Origin: Candidatus Woesebacteria bacterium RBG_13_46_13
GTDB lineage: Bacteria; Patescibacteriota; Microgenomatia; UBA8517
DNA: 64,000 bases
Direction: 5' to 3'
NCBI GenBank assembly: GCA_001791995.1
Contig: MGFR01000001.1
Coordinates: forward strand, 177,148-241,147
How positions within the stretch are numbered: the stretch's first letter is position 1; the number at the start of each line of letters is the position of its first letter. Shown one piece after another: positions 48,921 to 58,215 of the stretch. The position numbers and the translations under genes were made by a program. The notes below the pieces were generated by a model. It was not told the origin of the DNA. It searched no databases and was given only the letters and a program-made list of their open reading frames with translations.

Positions 48921-49520
48921 ATGGCACGCTATACAGGACCAAAAGACAGATTATCCAGAAGAGAGGGGTTTGACCTTTTCGGTGCGGGTGCTAAACTTAC
49001 ACGCCTAACAGTTCCGCCGGGGATGCACGGACCCAAGGGTTCCAGAATGCCTTCGCAGTACGGAAGGCAGTTAAGGGAGAAACAAAAAGTCAAAAGACTT
49101 TACGGGGTCTTGGAGAAACAATTCAGGAATTACATTGCTGAGGCTTTAAAGACCAAGGGAAATACGGCGGAGATGCTCCTTTCGCTTTTGGAAAGACGAC
49201 TGGACAATGTAGTTTTCAGGTTGGGATTTGCCCCAACCAGGGCATCGGCCAGACAATTGGTTTCCCATAGGCACGTCTTGGTTAACGGCAAAAGGGTAAA
49301 TTTCCCTTCCTATCAGGTCGGACCCGGAGAAACAATTTCCCTAACCGCCAAGGGAATGGATGTCCCGGCAATCAAGCAAAAGCTGGCCGAGGAAAAATAC
49401 AAAGCACCCGAATGGCTGAAAAGAAAAGCCGCAGTCGGGCTTATCGAAAGAGAGCCGAGGGTGGAAGATTTGACAGAACCTATTTCAGTGCAGGATATTA
49501 TTGAATTCTATTCAAGGTAA
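48921..49520 (+). CDS. rpsD: 30S ribosomal protein S4 (non-zinc form)
   Basis: MARYTGPKDRLSRREG N-terminus; no Cys cluster. Confidence 0.93.
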   Translation: MARYTGPKDRLSRREGFDLFGAGAKLTRLTVPPGMHGPKGSRMPSQYGRQLREKQKVKRLYGVLEKQFRNYIAEALKTKGNTAEMLLSLLERRLDNVVFRLGFAPTRASARQLVSHRHVLVNGKRVNFPSYQVGPGETISLTAKGMDVPAIKQKLAEEKYKAPEWLKRKAAVGLIEREPRVEDLTEPISVQDIIEFYSR

Positions 49521-49536
49521 GAAGGAGGTGATATTA

Positions 49537-50466
49537 ATGAACGAACCGATGTTTGAAATAAAAGAGGAAGAAAGCCAAAAGAACTATTCTAAATTTTTCA
49601 TTTCGCCTTTAGAGCAAGGCTATGGAGACACATTGGGCAATGCTTTAAGGAGAGTTCTTTTGACCTCGCTTCCGGGAGCTGCCATTACAACCGTCAGAAT
49701 TTCGGGAGTAAAGCACCAGTTTTCAACCCTGAAAGGGATGAAAGAGGATGTGGTCGAGTTTTTACTCAATCTTAAAAAAGTCAGATTCTCTTTGGAACCA
49801 GGTGCGCTCAAAGCCGACAAACCGGTCAAGGTAACCATTTCGGTCAAAAGTTCGGGAGAGGTCAAAGCCAAAGACATTAAGGTCCCGGCGGATGTAAAGA
49901 TTGCAAACCCGGAATTCGTTTTGGCTACCCTAAATAAAGGATCAAAACTGGAGGCAGATATGGAGATTACTGCCGGTGCCGGATACTCACCTGCCGAAGA
50001 CAGGGAGAAAGGCCCGATAGGGCAAATCCCACTCGATGCCTCATATTCTCCTATTACCAGGGTAAATTATAAGGTTGAAGAAACCAGAGTTGGACGTTTA
50101 ACCAACTACGACAAGTTAATATTGGAAATTTGGACGGACGGGACAATGACACCCAAAGAGGCAGTTAAGATGGGAGCCAGGACTTTGGTTTCCTATTTTA
50201 ACCAGCTGGTTTCTCCTAAAAAGGTAGCAAAAGCGGAAGAAAAGACAGTTACCGACACGCTCGGTCCAGTAGGCAAACTCTCCGTCGAGGAGATAGGTCT
50301 ACCCACCAGGGTGGCAAACGCCCTAGTTAAAGCCGGATACGAAACCGTTGAGGAGCTTGTTGGGGCAAAGCGAGAAGATTTGGTCAAGGTCAGAAATTTG
50401 GGAGAAAAATCGATAAAGATTATTGCGGTAGCCCTTGCGGAAAAGGGTGTTAATTTAGGAGTATAA
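49537..50466 (+). CDS. rpoA: DNA-directed RNA polymerase subunit alpha
   Basis: N-terminal dimerisation domain plus C-terminal domain; ATG at 49537 sits behind a strong AAGGAGGTGA Shine-Dalgarno; the ORF-finder start at 49501 overlaps rpsD. Confidence 0.93.
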   Translation: MNEPMFEIKEEESQKNYSKFFISPLEQGYGDTLGNALRRVLLTSLPGAAITTVRISGVKHQFSTLKGMKEDVVEFLLNLKKVRFSLEPGALKADKPVKVTISVKSSGEVKAKDIKVPADVKIANPEFVLATLNKGSKLEADMEITAGAGYSPAEDREKGPIGQIPLDASYSPITRVNYKVEETRVGRLTNYDKLILEIWTDGTMTPKEAVKMGARTLVSYFNQLVSPKKVAKAEEKTVTDTLGPVGKLSVEEIGLPTRVANALVKAGYETVEELVGAKREDLVKVRNLGEKSIKIIAVALAEKGVNLGV

Positions 50467-50472
50467 GACCAA

Positions 50473-50925
50473 ATGAGAAAGATGGTTTTCGGCAGAAAGC
50501 TTTCGCGGGGAAGGAAAGCCAGAGAAGCGCTTTTCAGATCTTTGATAAAGGCGCTGATTATCAGTGGAAAAATAACCACCACCAAGGCGAAAATCAAGGC
50601 AATCCAAGGCGAGATTGACAAGCTAATTACTCTTTCAAAGAAGGGGACTCTTTCGGCGGAGAAGAGGGTTTCGGCAATTTTGGGCAACAACAGGGTCTTG
50701 GCCCAAATCCTTTCGGGCAAGATTGTAAAGGCTTTTGGGACAAGGACAAGCGGCTTTACCAGGATGACTTTGCTTTCGAGAAGGAAAGGCGATGCCGCCG
50801 AGATGGCCAGGCTCGAATGGGTAGAAAAGATCAGTTTGGAAGAGAAAAAGCCGGCCGCCAAAGCCAAGCAAGAGACCAAAGCTCCACCGAAGAAAACAAA
50901 GAAGACAGTCAAGAAAGCGAAATAA
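50473..50925 (+). CDS. rplQ: 50S ribosomal protein L17
   Basis: L17 family sequence with a K/A-rich tail. Confidence 0.9.
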   Translation: MRKMVFGRKLSRGRKAREALFRSLIKALIISGKITTTKAKIKAIQGEIDKLITLSKKGTLSAEKRVSAILGNNRVLAQILSGKIVKAFGTRTSGFTRMTLLSRRKGDAAEMARLEWVEKISLEEKKPAAKAKQETKAPPKKTKKTVKKAK

Positions 50926-51341
50926 TGAAAACGTATCAACCCAAAGCAAAAGAGATAACCAGAAGCTGGCATCTTCTGGATGCCAAGGACAAAGTCTTAG
51001 GCAGGCTCTCGACCGAGATTGCCAAGTTTTTAATGGGTAAGCAGAAGCCCGCCTACTCCGCACACATGGATTCGGGCGACTTTGTGGTAGTGGTTAATTG
51101 CGAAAAAGTGTTTGTAACCGGAAAGAAGGCCCAACAGAAGCTTTATCGGGGTCACTCCGGCTATCCCAAAGGATTTAAGGAGGTTAGCTACGTCAAAATG
51201 CTTAAAGAACACCCCGAAAGAATCATCGAGCATGCGGTTTCCGGAATGTTACCGGATAATCGTTTAAAAAGAGACAGAATGGCGAGGTTAACGGTAGTTG
51301 CGGGAGAAGATAATCCGTACAAGGATAAATTTAAGCAATAA
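50925..51341 (+). CDS. rplM: 50S ribosomal protein L13
   Basis: MKTYQPKAKEITRSWHLLDAKDKVLGRL N-terminus; ATG overlaps the L17 stop (TAATG). Confidence 0.93.
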   Translation: MKTYQPKAKEITRSWHLLDAKDKVLGRLSTEIAKFLMGKQKPAYSAHMDSGDFVVVVNCEKVFVTGKKAQQKLYRGHSGYPKGFKEVSYVKMLKEHPERIIEHAVSGMLPDNRLKRDRMARLTVVAGEDNPYKDKFKQ

Positions 51342-51751
51342 TGGCAAAAACTAAAAAACAAACTTATATTTCCGCAGTAGGAAAAAGAAAAACCGCCTCG
51401 GCCCGCGTCAGACTTTATAAAGGCAAAGGCGAAAATATGGTAAACGCTCTTCCTATGGAAAAATATTTTCCGGGCAAGGTTAACCTCGCGCATTGGCAAA
51501 AACCGTTCGTCTTAACCGAAACACTCGATAAATATTATGTCAGCGTCAAGGTTACCGGCAGCGGCAAGGAAGCTCAACTTGAGGCCATGGTTTTGGGAAT
51601 AGCCAGAGCGTTCTCGGAGGCAAATACGGAAAAGTTCAGACTGACCTTAAAGAAAGCGGGGCTTGTCAAAAGAGACTCGAGGAAAAGACAACGACGCATG
51701 GTGGGAACCGGTGGCAAATCCAGACGCAAGAAACAAAGTCCGAAGAGATAA
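51341..51751 (+). CDS. rpsI: 30S ribosomal protein S9
   Basis: AVGKRKTASARVRL signature. Confidence 0.93.
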   Translation: MAKTKKQTYISAVGKRKTASARVRLYKGKGENMVNALPMEKYFPGKVNLAHWQKPFVLTETLDKYYVSVKVTGSGKEAQLEAMVLGIARAFSEANTEKFRLTLKKAGLVKRDSRKRQRRMVGTGGKSRRKKQSPKR

Positions 51752-51779
51752 TTAGCTTCACTGTGTTATAATTTTACCC

Positions 51780-53063
51780 ATGCGCGCTAAAGCCGGAATT
51801 ACACTCCCCAAAGGCACAAAAGTTCCAGACCACATCGCGATTATTCCCGACGGCAACCGCCGTTGGGCCAGAGCCAGAGGACTCCCGACTCTCCAAGGCC
51901 ACAAAAAAGGATTTGACGCTGCAGTACTTGTTTCCAGGGCAGCCAGAGATATCGGTATCCATACCGTAACCATGTGGGGATTTTCAACGGACAATTGGGA
52001 TCGGGCAAAAGAGGAAATAAATTATCTAATGAAGCTTTATGCCAAACTGGTAGACGATTATCTTAAGGACGCAAAGAAAGACAATGTCAAAATAGTTCAC
52101 CTTGGCAGAAAAGACAGGCTTCCCCAACTCCTTCTTAAAAAGATTGCTTTTGCGGAAGAAACAACCAAGGATAACTCCAAATATATTATGAATATCGCCA
52201 TCGATTACGGTGGCCAGGACGATATCATCCGGGCCACCCAAAGCATGATCAAAGATGGGGTCAAAGCCGAACAGGTAGACAAAGCTCTTTTTGAAAAATA
52301 CTTGGATACGAAAGACCAGCCCTATCCTTATGTCGATTTGATAATTAGATCATCGGGTGAACAAAGGACCAGCGGATTTTTGCTTTGGCAGTCCGCTTAT
52401 GCGGAAACATATTGGGAAAACGACCATTTTCCCGACTTCACACCCGAAAAGCTTAAGGCAGCCATTCTCGACTATTCGAGACGCAGAAGAAGGTTTGGAG
52501 GTAATGATGCCGAGGAACACCTCAAATTTAACCCCGAGGTCGTTGCTAAACTTGAAGTTGCCTGGTGGAGATTAAGGAAGATTCCCGAGGGGACGCGCTT
52601 TAGGGATTACGCCTTTAAACACCTAAGAGAGCAGTACGGATTTTCAAAGCACATCGCCAAGAAAGCCGCCAAGTATTTACTTACCGCATTTTTGGAGCAG
52701 GACAACGGCAGAAACTGGGAAAAGGCCATGCGGGAGGTCGGCAAGTTTTACTCTCTTTTAAGAGAAGAGCTGAAGCTGGCCTTTGAGCCGTCCTTGGTTG
52801 CTTCCTTGGAAGTTAAGATGTGGAGGGACCTGGAGGGCAAGGACGAGGTCCGTTCTGCGGGTGAGGCAGAAGAGACCGCCAGAGAGCTTTACGCGGAAGT
52901 CTATAGAATATCTCTTCTGCAGGCAGCCAAAGCGGCCCATTTAAGGGTTATGGCCAATATCGAGCGGGGTTTGGCCGAGCGGGGATTCGGAGACAAACAC
53001 TGGGCCAGGGCAGAGGACTACTTGGAGAAATTCTACCGTGCCCTCAAGGAAAGAGTTGCCTAA
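51780..53063 (+). CDS. uppS: Undecaprenyl-diphosphate synthase (cis-prenyltransferase) with a roughly 180-aa helical C-terminal extension
   Basis: HIAIIPDGNRRWA signature, and the ...RTSGFLLWQSAYAE and DYSRRRRRFG motifs; 427 aa against a typical length of about 250. Confidence 0.88.
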   Translation: MRAKAGITLPKGTKVPDHIAIIPDGNRRWARARGLPTLQGHKKGFDAAVLVSRAARDIGIHTVTMWGFSTDNWDRAKEEINYLMKLYAKLVDDYLKDAKKDNVKIVHLGRKDRLPQLLLKKIAFAEETTKDNSKYIMNIAIDYGGQDDIIRATQSMIKDGVKAEQVDKALFEKYLDTKDQPYPYVDLIIRSSGEQRTSGFLLWQSAYAETYWENDHFPDFTPEKLKAAILDYSRRRRRFGGNDAEEHLKFNPEVVAKLEVAWWRLRKIPEGTRFRDYAFKHLREQYGFSKHIAKKAAKYLLTAFLEQDNGRNWEKAMREVGKFYSLLREELKLAFEPSLVASLEVKMWRDLEGKDEVRSAGEAEETARELYAEVYRISLLQAAKAAHLRVMANIERGLAERGFGDKHWARAEDYLEKFYRALKERVA

Positions 53064-53782
53064 GGGAAGACAAAAAGCTTCAAGCCCAAGACCAAGAGAA
53101 ATATCGCGATTAAATTCTTGAATATTTTTTGAGGAAGCCTATCCACAATCTTCTTGGCAATCCAGGCCCCCAAGAGTGATGCCGGGATAAATACCGCCAA
53201 TCCCCAAGAAAGCGGCGCATTTATTCTGGTTCCGCCAATAAAATAGGTGGTTATTCTTGAGGCATCAATTACCGCTCCCAAAAGCCCCGAGGTAAATATA
53301 TAAGTGGACTTGGGAACGTTGAAGGCCGTCAAAACGATAGCCCTTAAGGCTCCGCCACCAACCCCGGTTAGTCCCCCCAGAAATCCCGAGCCTGCCCCGC
53401 CGAAAGCTGAGGCAAGAACGGATTTTTTGATTCTGAACGTTGGCCGGAAAAGAAGATAGACCACGTAAGAAATCAAAATTGCCCCCACCAGACGCGAGAG
53501 CAGTTTTTCGGGAAGGGTCAAAACCAGGCTCGCTCCAAAGTAAGCCATAATTACCCCGGGAATTCCGAATGAAATCAAAAGCTTCCAGTCGATTCCTTTT
53601 TTGAAAAAGTACATTTTCCAAATGTCTCCAAACCAGTGGATAATACCTACCAAAAGCAGGGTTTCGGGAAGAGGCAGAAAGAAAAGCACAACAGGAACCA
53701 TGATTGTGGAAATTCCGAAGCCGCTGATTGTACCCAAAATACTGGCCAAGAGAGTTAGGGCGCTGATTGCGAGAATTTCCAT
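53060..53782 (-). CDS. TauE/SafE (TSUP) family membrane transporter
   Basis: Polytopic protein with repeated Gly-rich motifs (GFGISTIM..., GGLTGVGGGAL). Confidence 0.75.
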   Translation of the reverse strand: MEILAISALTLLASILGTISGFGISTIMVPVVLFFLPLPETLLLVGIIHWFGDIWKMYFFKKGIDWKLLISFGIPGVIMAYFGASLVLTLPEKLLSRLVGAILISYVVYLLFRPTFRIKKSVLASAFGGAGSGFLGGLTGVGGGALRAIVLTAFNVPKSTYIFTSGLLGAVIDASRITTYFIGGTRINAPLSWGLAVFIPASLLGAWIAKKIVDRLPQKIFKNLIAIFLLVLGLKLFVFP

Positions 53783-53817
53783 TTAAGGGGGTATCTTGAT
53801 AAAATATACCAGATTTC

Positions 53818-53888
53818 CGGGGAGTAGTTTAACGGTAGAATAGGCGCATGGGGTGCGTCTGGACGGAGTTCAATTCTCCGCTCCCCGA
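53818..53888 (+). tRNA. tRNA-Pro (anticodon GGG)
   Basis: Hand-folded cloverleaf: 7-bp acceptor stem (CGGGGAG/CTCCCCG), D-arm with GG, anticodon stem GGCGC/GCGTC with loop AT-GGG-GT, T-arm CGGAG-TTCAATT-CTCCG; CCA is not encoded. Confidence 0.85.
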
Positions 53889-53939
53889 CACGTTTTTCCT
53901 TCTTGAATTTAATCTGGCTGCGTAGTAAAAGGAAACGCT

Positions 53940-55019
53940 ATGGCCAAAAAGAAGAAAGAACTTCAGGAAACCAAACGCCAAGAGGCCGGCTCGGCAAAAC
54001 TTCAGGCGATACGCCTCGCCATGGATCAGATCGAAAAGCAATACGGACGGGGTTCGATTATGAGATTGGGTGAAAGAGGAGGGGATAAATACAAGATAGA
54101 AGTGGTTTCCACCGGCTCCATTGCCCTTGATTTGGCTCTTGGGGTGGGTGGGCTGCCTCGGGGTAGGATTACCGAAATTTACGGACCGGAAGCATCAGGC
54201 AAGACCACACTGGCCCTATCCGTAATTGCCGAGGCGCAGAAAAAAGGTGGACAGGCGGCCTTTGTTGACGCGGAACATGCATTGGATCCCGAAAGGGCGG
54301 AGACCATCGGAGTTGATTTGGATAACCTCTTGATGAGCCAGCCGGATACGGGAGAGCAGGCGCTGGAGATTACCGAAACCCTAATCCGCTCCGGAGGGCT
54401 GGATGTTGTGGTTATCGATTCCGTAGCGGCTCTGGTGCCCAGGGCGGAGCTGGAAGGGGAAATGGGCGATGCCCAGATGGGGATGCAGGCCCGTTTGATG
54501 AGCCAGGCTTTAAGAAAGCTTACCGGTGCAATTTCCAAATCCAAGACGGTTCTGATATTTACCAACCAACTGCGGCAAAAAATCGGGGTGATGTTCGGTA
54601 ACCCCGAAACAACCCCCGGAGGTCTGGCTTTGAAGTTTTACTCTTCGGTCAGAATCGACCTAAGAAGGATAGAGGTCTTAAAAGACGGAGAACAGGTAAT
54701 CGGATCCCGCCATCGGGCCAGGGTTGTCAAAAATAAAGTTGCGCCTCCTCTAAGGGTTGCGGAATTCGATATCATGGAAAAGGAAGGAATGTCCCGTGCC
54801 GGGGGAATCTTGGATGTCGCCGTTAATTTAGGTATTGTTACCAAAAGCGGGTCATTTTTCAATTACGAGGGAAAACCTCTAGCCCAAGGTCGGGAAGGGG
54901 CCAAGGCCTACTTAGAAGAGCACACCAGATTTGCCGAGGAGCTAGATAAGAAAATTAGAGATATGGTCGCCTCCGGCAAAAAACTCCCCAAGGAATTAGG
55001 AGAAGAAAAGGGGGAATAG
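53940..55019 (+). CDS. recA: Recombinase RecA
   Basis: [10 protein letters not shown]-loop and the RecA L1/L2 region. Confidence 0.97.
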   Translation: MAKKKKELQETKRQEAGSAKLQAIRLAMDQIEKQYGRGSIMRLGERGGDKYKIEVVSTGSIALDLALGVGGLPRGRITEIYGPEASGKTTLALSVIAEAQKKGGQAAFVDAEHALDPERAETIGVDLDNLLMSQPDTGEQALEITETLIRSGGLDVVVIDSVAALVPRAELEGEMGDAQMGMQARLMSQALRKLTGAISKSKTVLIFTNQLRQKIGVMFGNPETTPGGLALKFYSSVRIDLRRIEVLKDGEQVIGSRHRARVVKNKVAPPLRVAEFDIMEKEGMSRAGGILDVAVNLGIVTKSGSFFNYEGKPLAQGREGAKAYLEEHTRFAEELDKKIRDMVASGKKLPKELGEEKGE

Positions 55020-55024
55020 CCCCG

Positions 55025-55636
55025 ATGCCAGTCATCACGGCAGTTAAGCCTCAAAGGAATAAAAAGCGCCTAAATATCTATCTGGACGGAAAATTCGGAT
55101 TTGGGATAGACTTGGAAAACTTCCTCAGGCTGGGATTAAAAGTCGAAGAGGAATTATCCGAAGAAGATATCGAGGAAATTGTCAAAAAGGCGGAGTTTCA
55201 GAAAACGCTGGACAAACTGTTAAGGTTTGCCACCCTAAGACCCAGAAGCGAGAAAGAGATAAACTACTGGTTTAAGAAACAAAAAGTCCACGAAAGTATT
55301 ATTCCCAAACTTTTCGAAAGAATTAAACATCTGGACTTAGTCGATGATGAGGCCTTCTCTGGCTGGTGGATTGAGCAGAGACTGACCTTTAAGCCGAAAG
55401 GAGTCAGGGCCTTAAGGCAGGAACTTAGACAAAAGGGGATAGCCAAAGAGATAGTAGATAAGGTCCTGGCCAAGACAAAAATCGATGAAGTCGGAATGGC
55501 CAAGGAACTGATGCAAAAAAAGGCTTATAAGTGGCAAAACCTGCCCAAGAGGGAGGCACGGCTGAAGATGTCCCAATTTCTGGCCAGAAAGGGATTTGCC
55601 TGGGAGGTAATTGAAAAGGTTGTCGAGAAGAGGTAA
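55025..55636 (+). CDS. recX: RecA regulator RecX
   Basis: 203-aa helical-repeat protein directly after recA, with RecX-like repeats (ALR.EL..KGI). Confidence 0.65.
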   Translation: MPVITAVKPQRNKKRLNIYLDGKFGFGIDLENFLRLGLKVEEELSEEDIEEIVKKAEFQKTLDKLLRFATLRPRSEKEINYWFKKQKVHESIIPKLFERIKHLDLVDDEAFSGWWIEQRLTFKPKGVRALRQELRQKGIAKEIVDKVLAKTKIDEVGMAKELMQKKAYKWQNLPKREARLKMSQFLARKGFAWEVIEKVVEKR

Positions 55637-55737
55637 AATAGGCTCGGAGTGAAAGAACCAATGTTGAAGAAGACGCTTTTGGTTTCTTCGATCAGCCCGG
55701 TTGAATAACCGGCAGGGCTTCTTTTGCTCCCAAGATT

Positions 55738-56982
55738 ATGGCAGATGACGACATCAAGATATTAGTTGAAGATTTAAGGCACGACAGAGAGAATCTCGAA
55801 AAGCGCCGCGAGGCTCTGAAAAAGAGGGAAGAAGAACTTGTTTCCCGCCTGGAAAAAGCCTCTAATATGACCGCCGATGAGGCCAAAAAGATTCTTTTGG
55901 ATGAGATCCAGAGTGAGCTGACCGCGGAGGTTGCCCAAAAGATCAGAAAATCCGAAGAGCGGATCAAAGAAGACGCCAACGAGAAAGCCAAGGAAATCTT
56001 AATCGATGCGATGAAGCACGGGGCAACCGATTATGTGGCCGAATTTACCGTCTCCAGCTTCGTTTTGCCCAACGAAGACGTCAAGGGAAGAATAATCGGT
56101 GCTGGAGGCAGAAACATCAGAACCTTCGAAAGGGAAACCGGAGTTGAAATCGAGATCGATGAGAGTAACGAAATCAGACTTTCCTCTTTCGATTCGGTCC
56201 GGCGCGAAATTGCCAAAAGAGCTTTGGAACGTCTGATCAAAGACGCCAGAATCCAGCCTTCGAGAATCGAAGAGGTGGTCAAGGAAGTCAAAAAAGAAGT
56301 CGACGATATTATTTTGGAAGAAGGTAAAAGGATAACCCACGAATGTGGAGTCTATAACCTGCCGATGGATCTTATTAATTTAATCGGCAGATATAAATTT
56401 AGGACTTCTTACGGCCAGAATCTGGCGATTCATACGATTGAAGAGACCAAGATAGGTATCTCCATTGCCAATGAGGTGGGGGCGAATGTTGATATCGTCC
56501 GGTTGGGATGTTTGCTGCACGACATCGGTAAAGTTGTAACCGACGAAGAAGGAACCCACGTCGATGTGGGGGTCAGTACCATCAAAAAATTCGGCCTTCC
56601 CAAGGAAATAATTGCCTGCGTAGCCGAGCACCATGAAGACAAACCTTTTTCTTCGGTAGAATCAACCATTGTTTGGGTGGCCGATGCCATTTCCGGTTCC
56701 CGCCCCGGAGCCAGATATGAACCCCACGAAGAGTATGTGACCAGAATGAGCAAAATCGAAGAGATAGCCGGCTCCTTTTCTGGAGTGGATTCCGCCATGG
56801 CATTTCAGGCAGGCCGTGATGTCAGGGTTATCGTTAAACCGGATGAGGTGGATGACGATAAAATAACCGTCTTGGCCCACGAGATAGCCCAGAAATTGGA
56901 AAAGGAAGCCCAATATGCGGGTCAGATTAAAGTCACGGTAATTAGGGAAGTCAGGGCATCGGATACGACCAAGGCCCACTAA
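55738..56982 (+). CDS. rny: Ribonuclease Y (KH plus HD domains; no N-terminal TM)
   Basis: KH motif GRIIGAGGRNIRTFE and HD domain LLHDIGK; recA-rny neighbourhood. Confidence 0.85.
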   Translation: MADDDIKILVEDLRHDRENLEKRREALKKREEELVSRLEKASNMTADEAKKILLDEIQSELTAEVAQKIRKSEERIKEDANEKAKEILIDAMKHGATDYVAEFTVSSFVLPNEDVKGRIIGAGGRNIRTFERETGVEIEIDESNEIRLSSFDSVRREIAKRALERLIKDARIQPSRIEEVVKEVKKEVDDIILEEGKRITHECGVYNLPMDLINLIGRYKFRTSYGQNLAIHTIEETKIGISIANEVGANVDIVRLGCLLHDIGKVVTDEEGTHVDVGVSTIKKFGLPKEIIACVAEHHEDKPFSSVESTIVWVADAISGSRPGARYEPHEEYVTRMSKIEEIAGSFSGVDSAMAFQAGRDVRVIVKPDEVDDDKITVLAHEIAQKLEKEAQYAGQIKVTVIREVRASDTTKAH

Positions 56983-56995
56983 GACCCCTTCTCCT

Positions 56996-57862
56996 ATGAA
57001 AAAGAAAGAATTTTTTCTGTTTCTACTTTTGGTAACAGTTTTTTTCGGGCTATATCTTTTGGCCAAAAACATTTTTTTCCCGACAAATCTCAAAAGGATT
57101 ACGCCTGAAAAAATCGCCCAAAACTATCCTTTATCTACACCGACTCCGATCCCAACCCCAAAGCCCTTAAGCTTTACCGAAATGAATGCACTCTATGGAC
57201 CTTGTGTGGGTTTGCCCACTCTGATGTATCACCATGTTCAAGACGCAGCGGCGGCCAAGGAGAAAAACCAGTCAGGCTTAACCGTAACGACCGAAACCTT
57301 CGGGGAACAAATGAAATACCTAAAAGAGAGAGGTTATCAAAGCGTTTATATGTCCGATTTGGTTAATTTCTTTGCCGGGACGGGTCGAGTTCCCGCCAAA
57401 AGCATTTTGATCACCTTTGACGATGCTTATGACGATTTTGCGATCAACGCGGTTCCGATCTTAAGAGAATTTGGCTTTAAGGCCACGCTTTTCGTACCGA
57501 CGGGGCTGATCGATAATCCCGGTTATTTAAGCTGGCAAACGCTTAAGGATTTAGCCGGAGCCGGGGATATTCTTTTCGCAAACCATACCTGGTCGCATCG
57601 CAATGTCGGGGCGGATAAGGCGGAGGTTGAAAGGGAAATTACAACCGCAGACTTGCAACTTGAGGAAAAGGGCTTAAATACCCCCAAGATTTTTGCCTAT
57701 CCCTATGGTCTTGAAAGCGCCAATGCCAAAACAATACTCCAAAGCTTAGGCTACAAATTGGCCTTTACCACCAGACCCGGATCGACGCTCTGCCAAAAGC
57801 AGAGCCTCGATCTTCCCAGAATAAGAATCGGTAATGTTTCCATTTCTTCCTACGGTTTTTGA
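56996..57862 (+). CDS. Polysaccharide deacetylase (CE4/NodB domain) with an N-terminal TM anchor
   Basis: TFDDAYDD, YLSWQTL and HTWSH motifs. Confidence 0.8.
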   Translation: MKKKEFFLFLLLVTVFFGLYLLAKNIFFPTNLKRITPEKIAQNYPLSTPTPIPTPKPLSFTEMNALYGPCVGLPTLMYHHVQDAAAAKEKNQSGLTVTTETFGEQMKYLKERGYQSVYMSDLVNFFAGTGRVPAKSILITFDDAYDDFAINAVPILREFGFKATLFVPTGLIDNPGYLSWQTLKDLAGAGDILFANHTWSHRNVGADKAEVEREITTADLQLEEKGLNTPKIFAYPYGLESANAKTILQSLGYKLAFTTRPGSTLCQKQSLDLPRIRIGNVSISSYGF

Positions 57863-57877
57863 AAAAGTGCCCAGAAC

Positions 57878-57906
57878 TTGACTTTTTTTCTCCCTTAATC
57901 TATCCT
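57878..57906 (+). promoter_or_regulatory. Candidate promoter TTGACT-17-TATCCT upstream of hup
   Basis: Consensus-like -35; weak -10. Confidence 0.3.
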
Positions 57907-57917
57907 GTTGAGCAGTT

Positions 57918-58193
57918 ATGACCAAAAGAGAATTGGTAGACCTCGTTGCCCGAAAAGCCCACTTAACCAAAAGGGCCGCAATTGAAGCGGTCGATGTTTT
58001 CCTCGGTGAGGTAGGCAGGGTTCTTTCCAAAGGAGAAAAGGTGGTTCTTTCCGGATTCGGAACATTCAGGGTTATCTCCATGAAGGGTAAAACCGTAAAG
58101 ATTCCCAGGACGGATAAAATGGTAACCATCAAAGCCCATCGTTCTCCCCGCTTCACTCCTGGCAAGAAGCTAAAAAGACAAGTCTCCAGATAA
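57918..58193 (+). CDS. hup: DNA-binding protein HU
   Basis: MTKRELVDLVA...GFGTF..R.ARNPRTG-like arm region. Confidence 0.9.
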   Translation: MTKRELVDLVARKAHLTKRAAIEAVDVFLGEVGRVLSKGEKVVLSGFGTFRVISMKGKTVKIPRTDKMVTIKAHRSPRFTPGKKLKRQVSR

Positions 58194-58215
58194 TTGTTGT
58201 AGTATACTTTCATAG

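Noticed and set aside
53783-53817. Promoter for tRNA-Pro (TTTAAG-17-TATACC)
   Set aside because: Both hexamers are weak and there is no supporting feature, so it is not reported as a feature.
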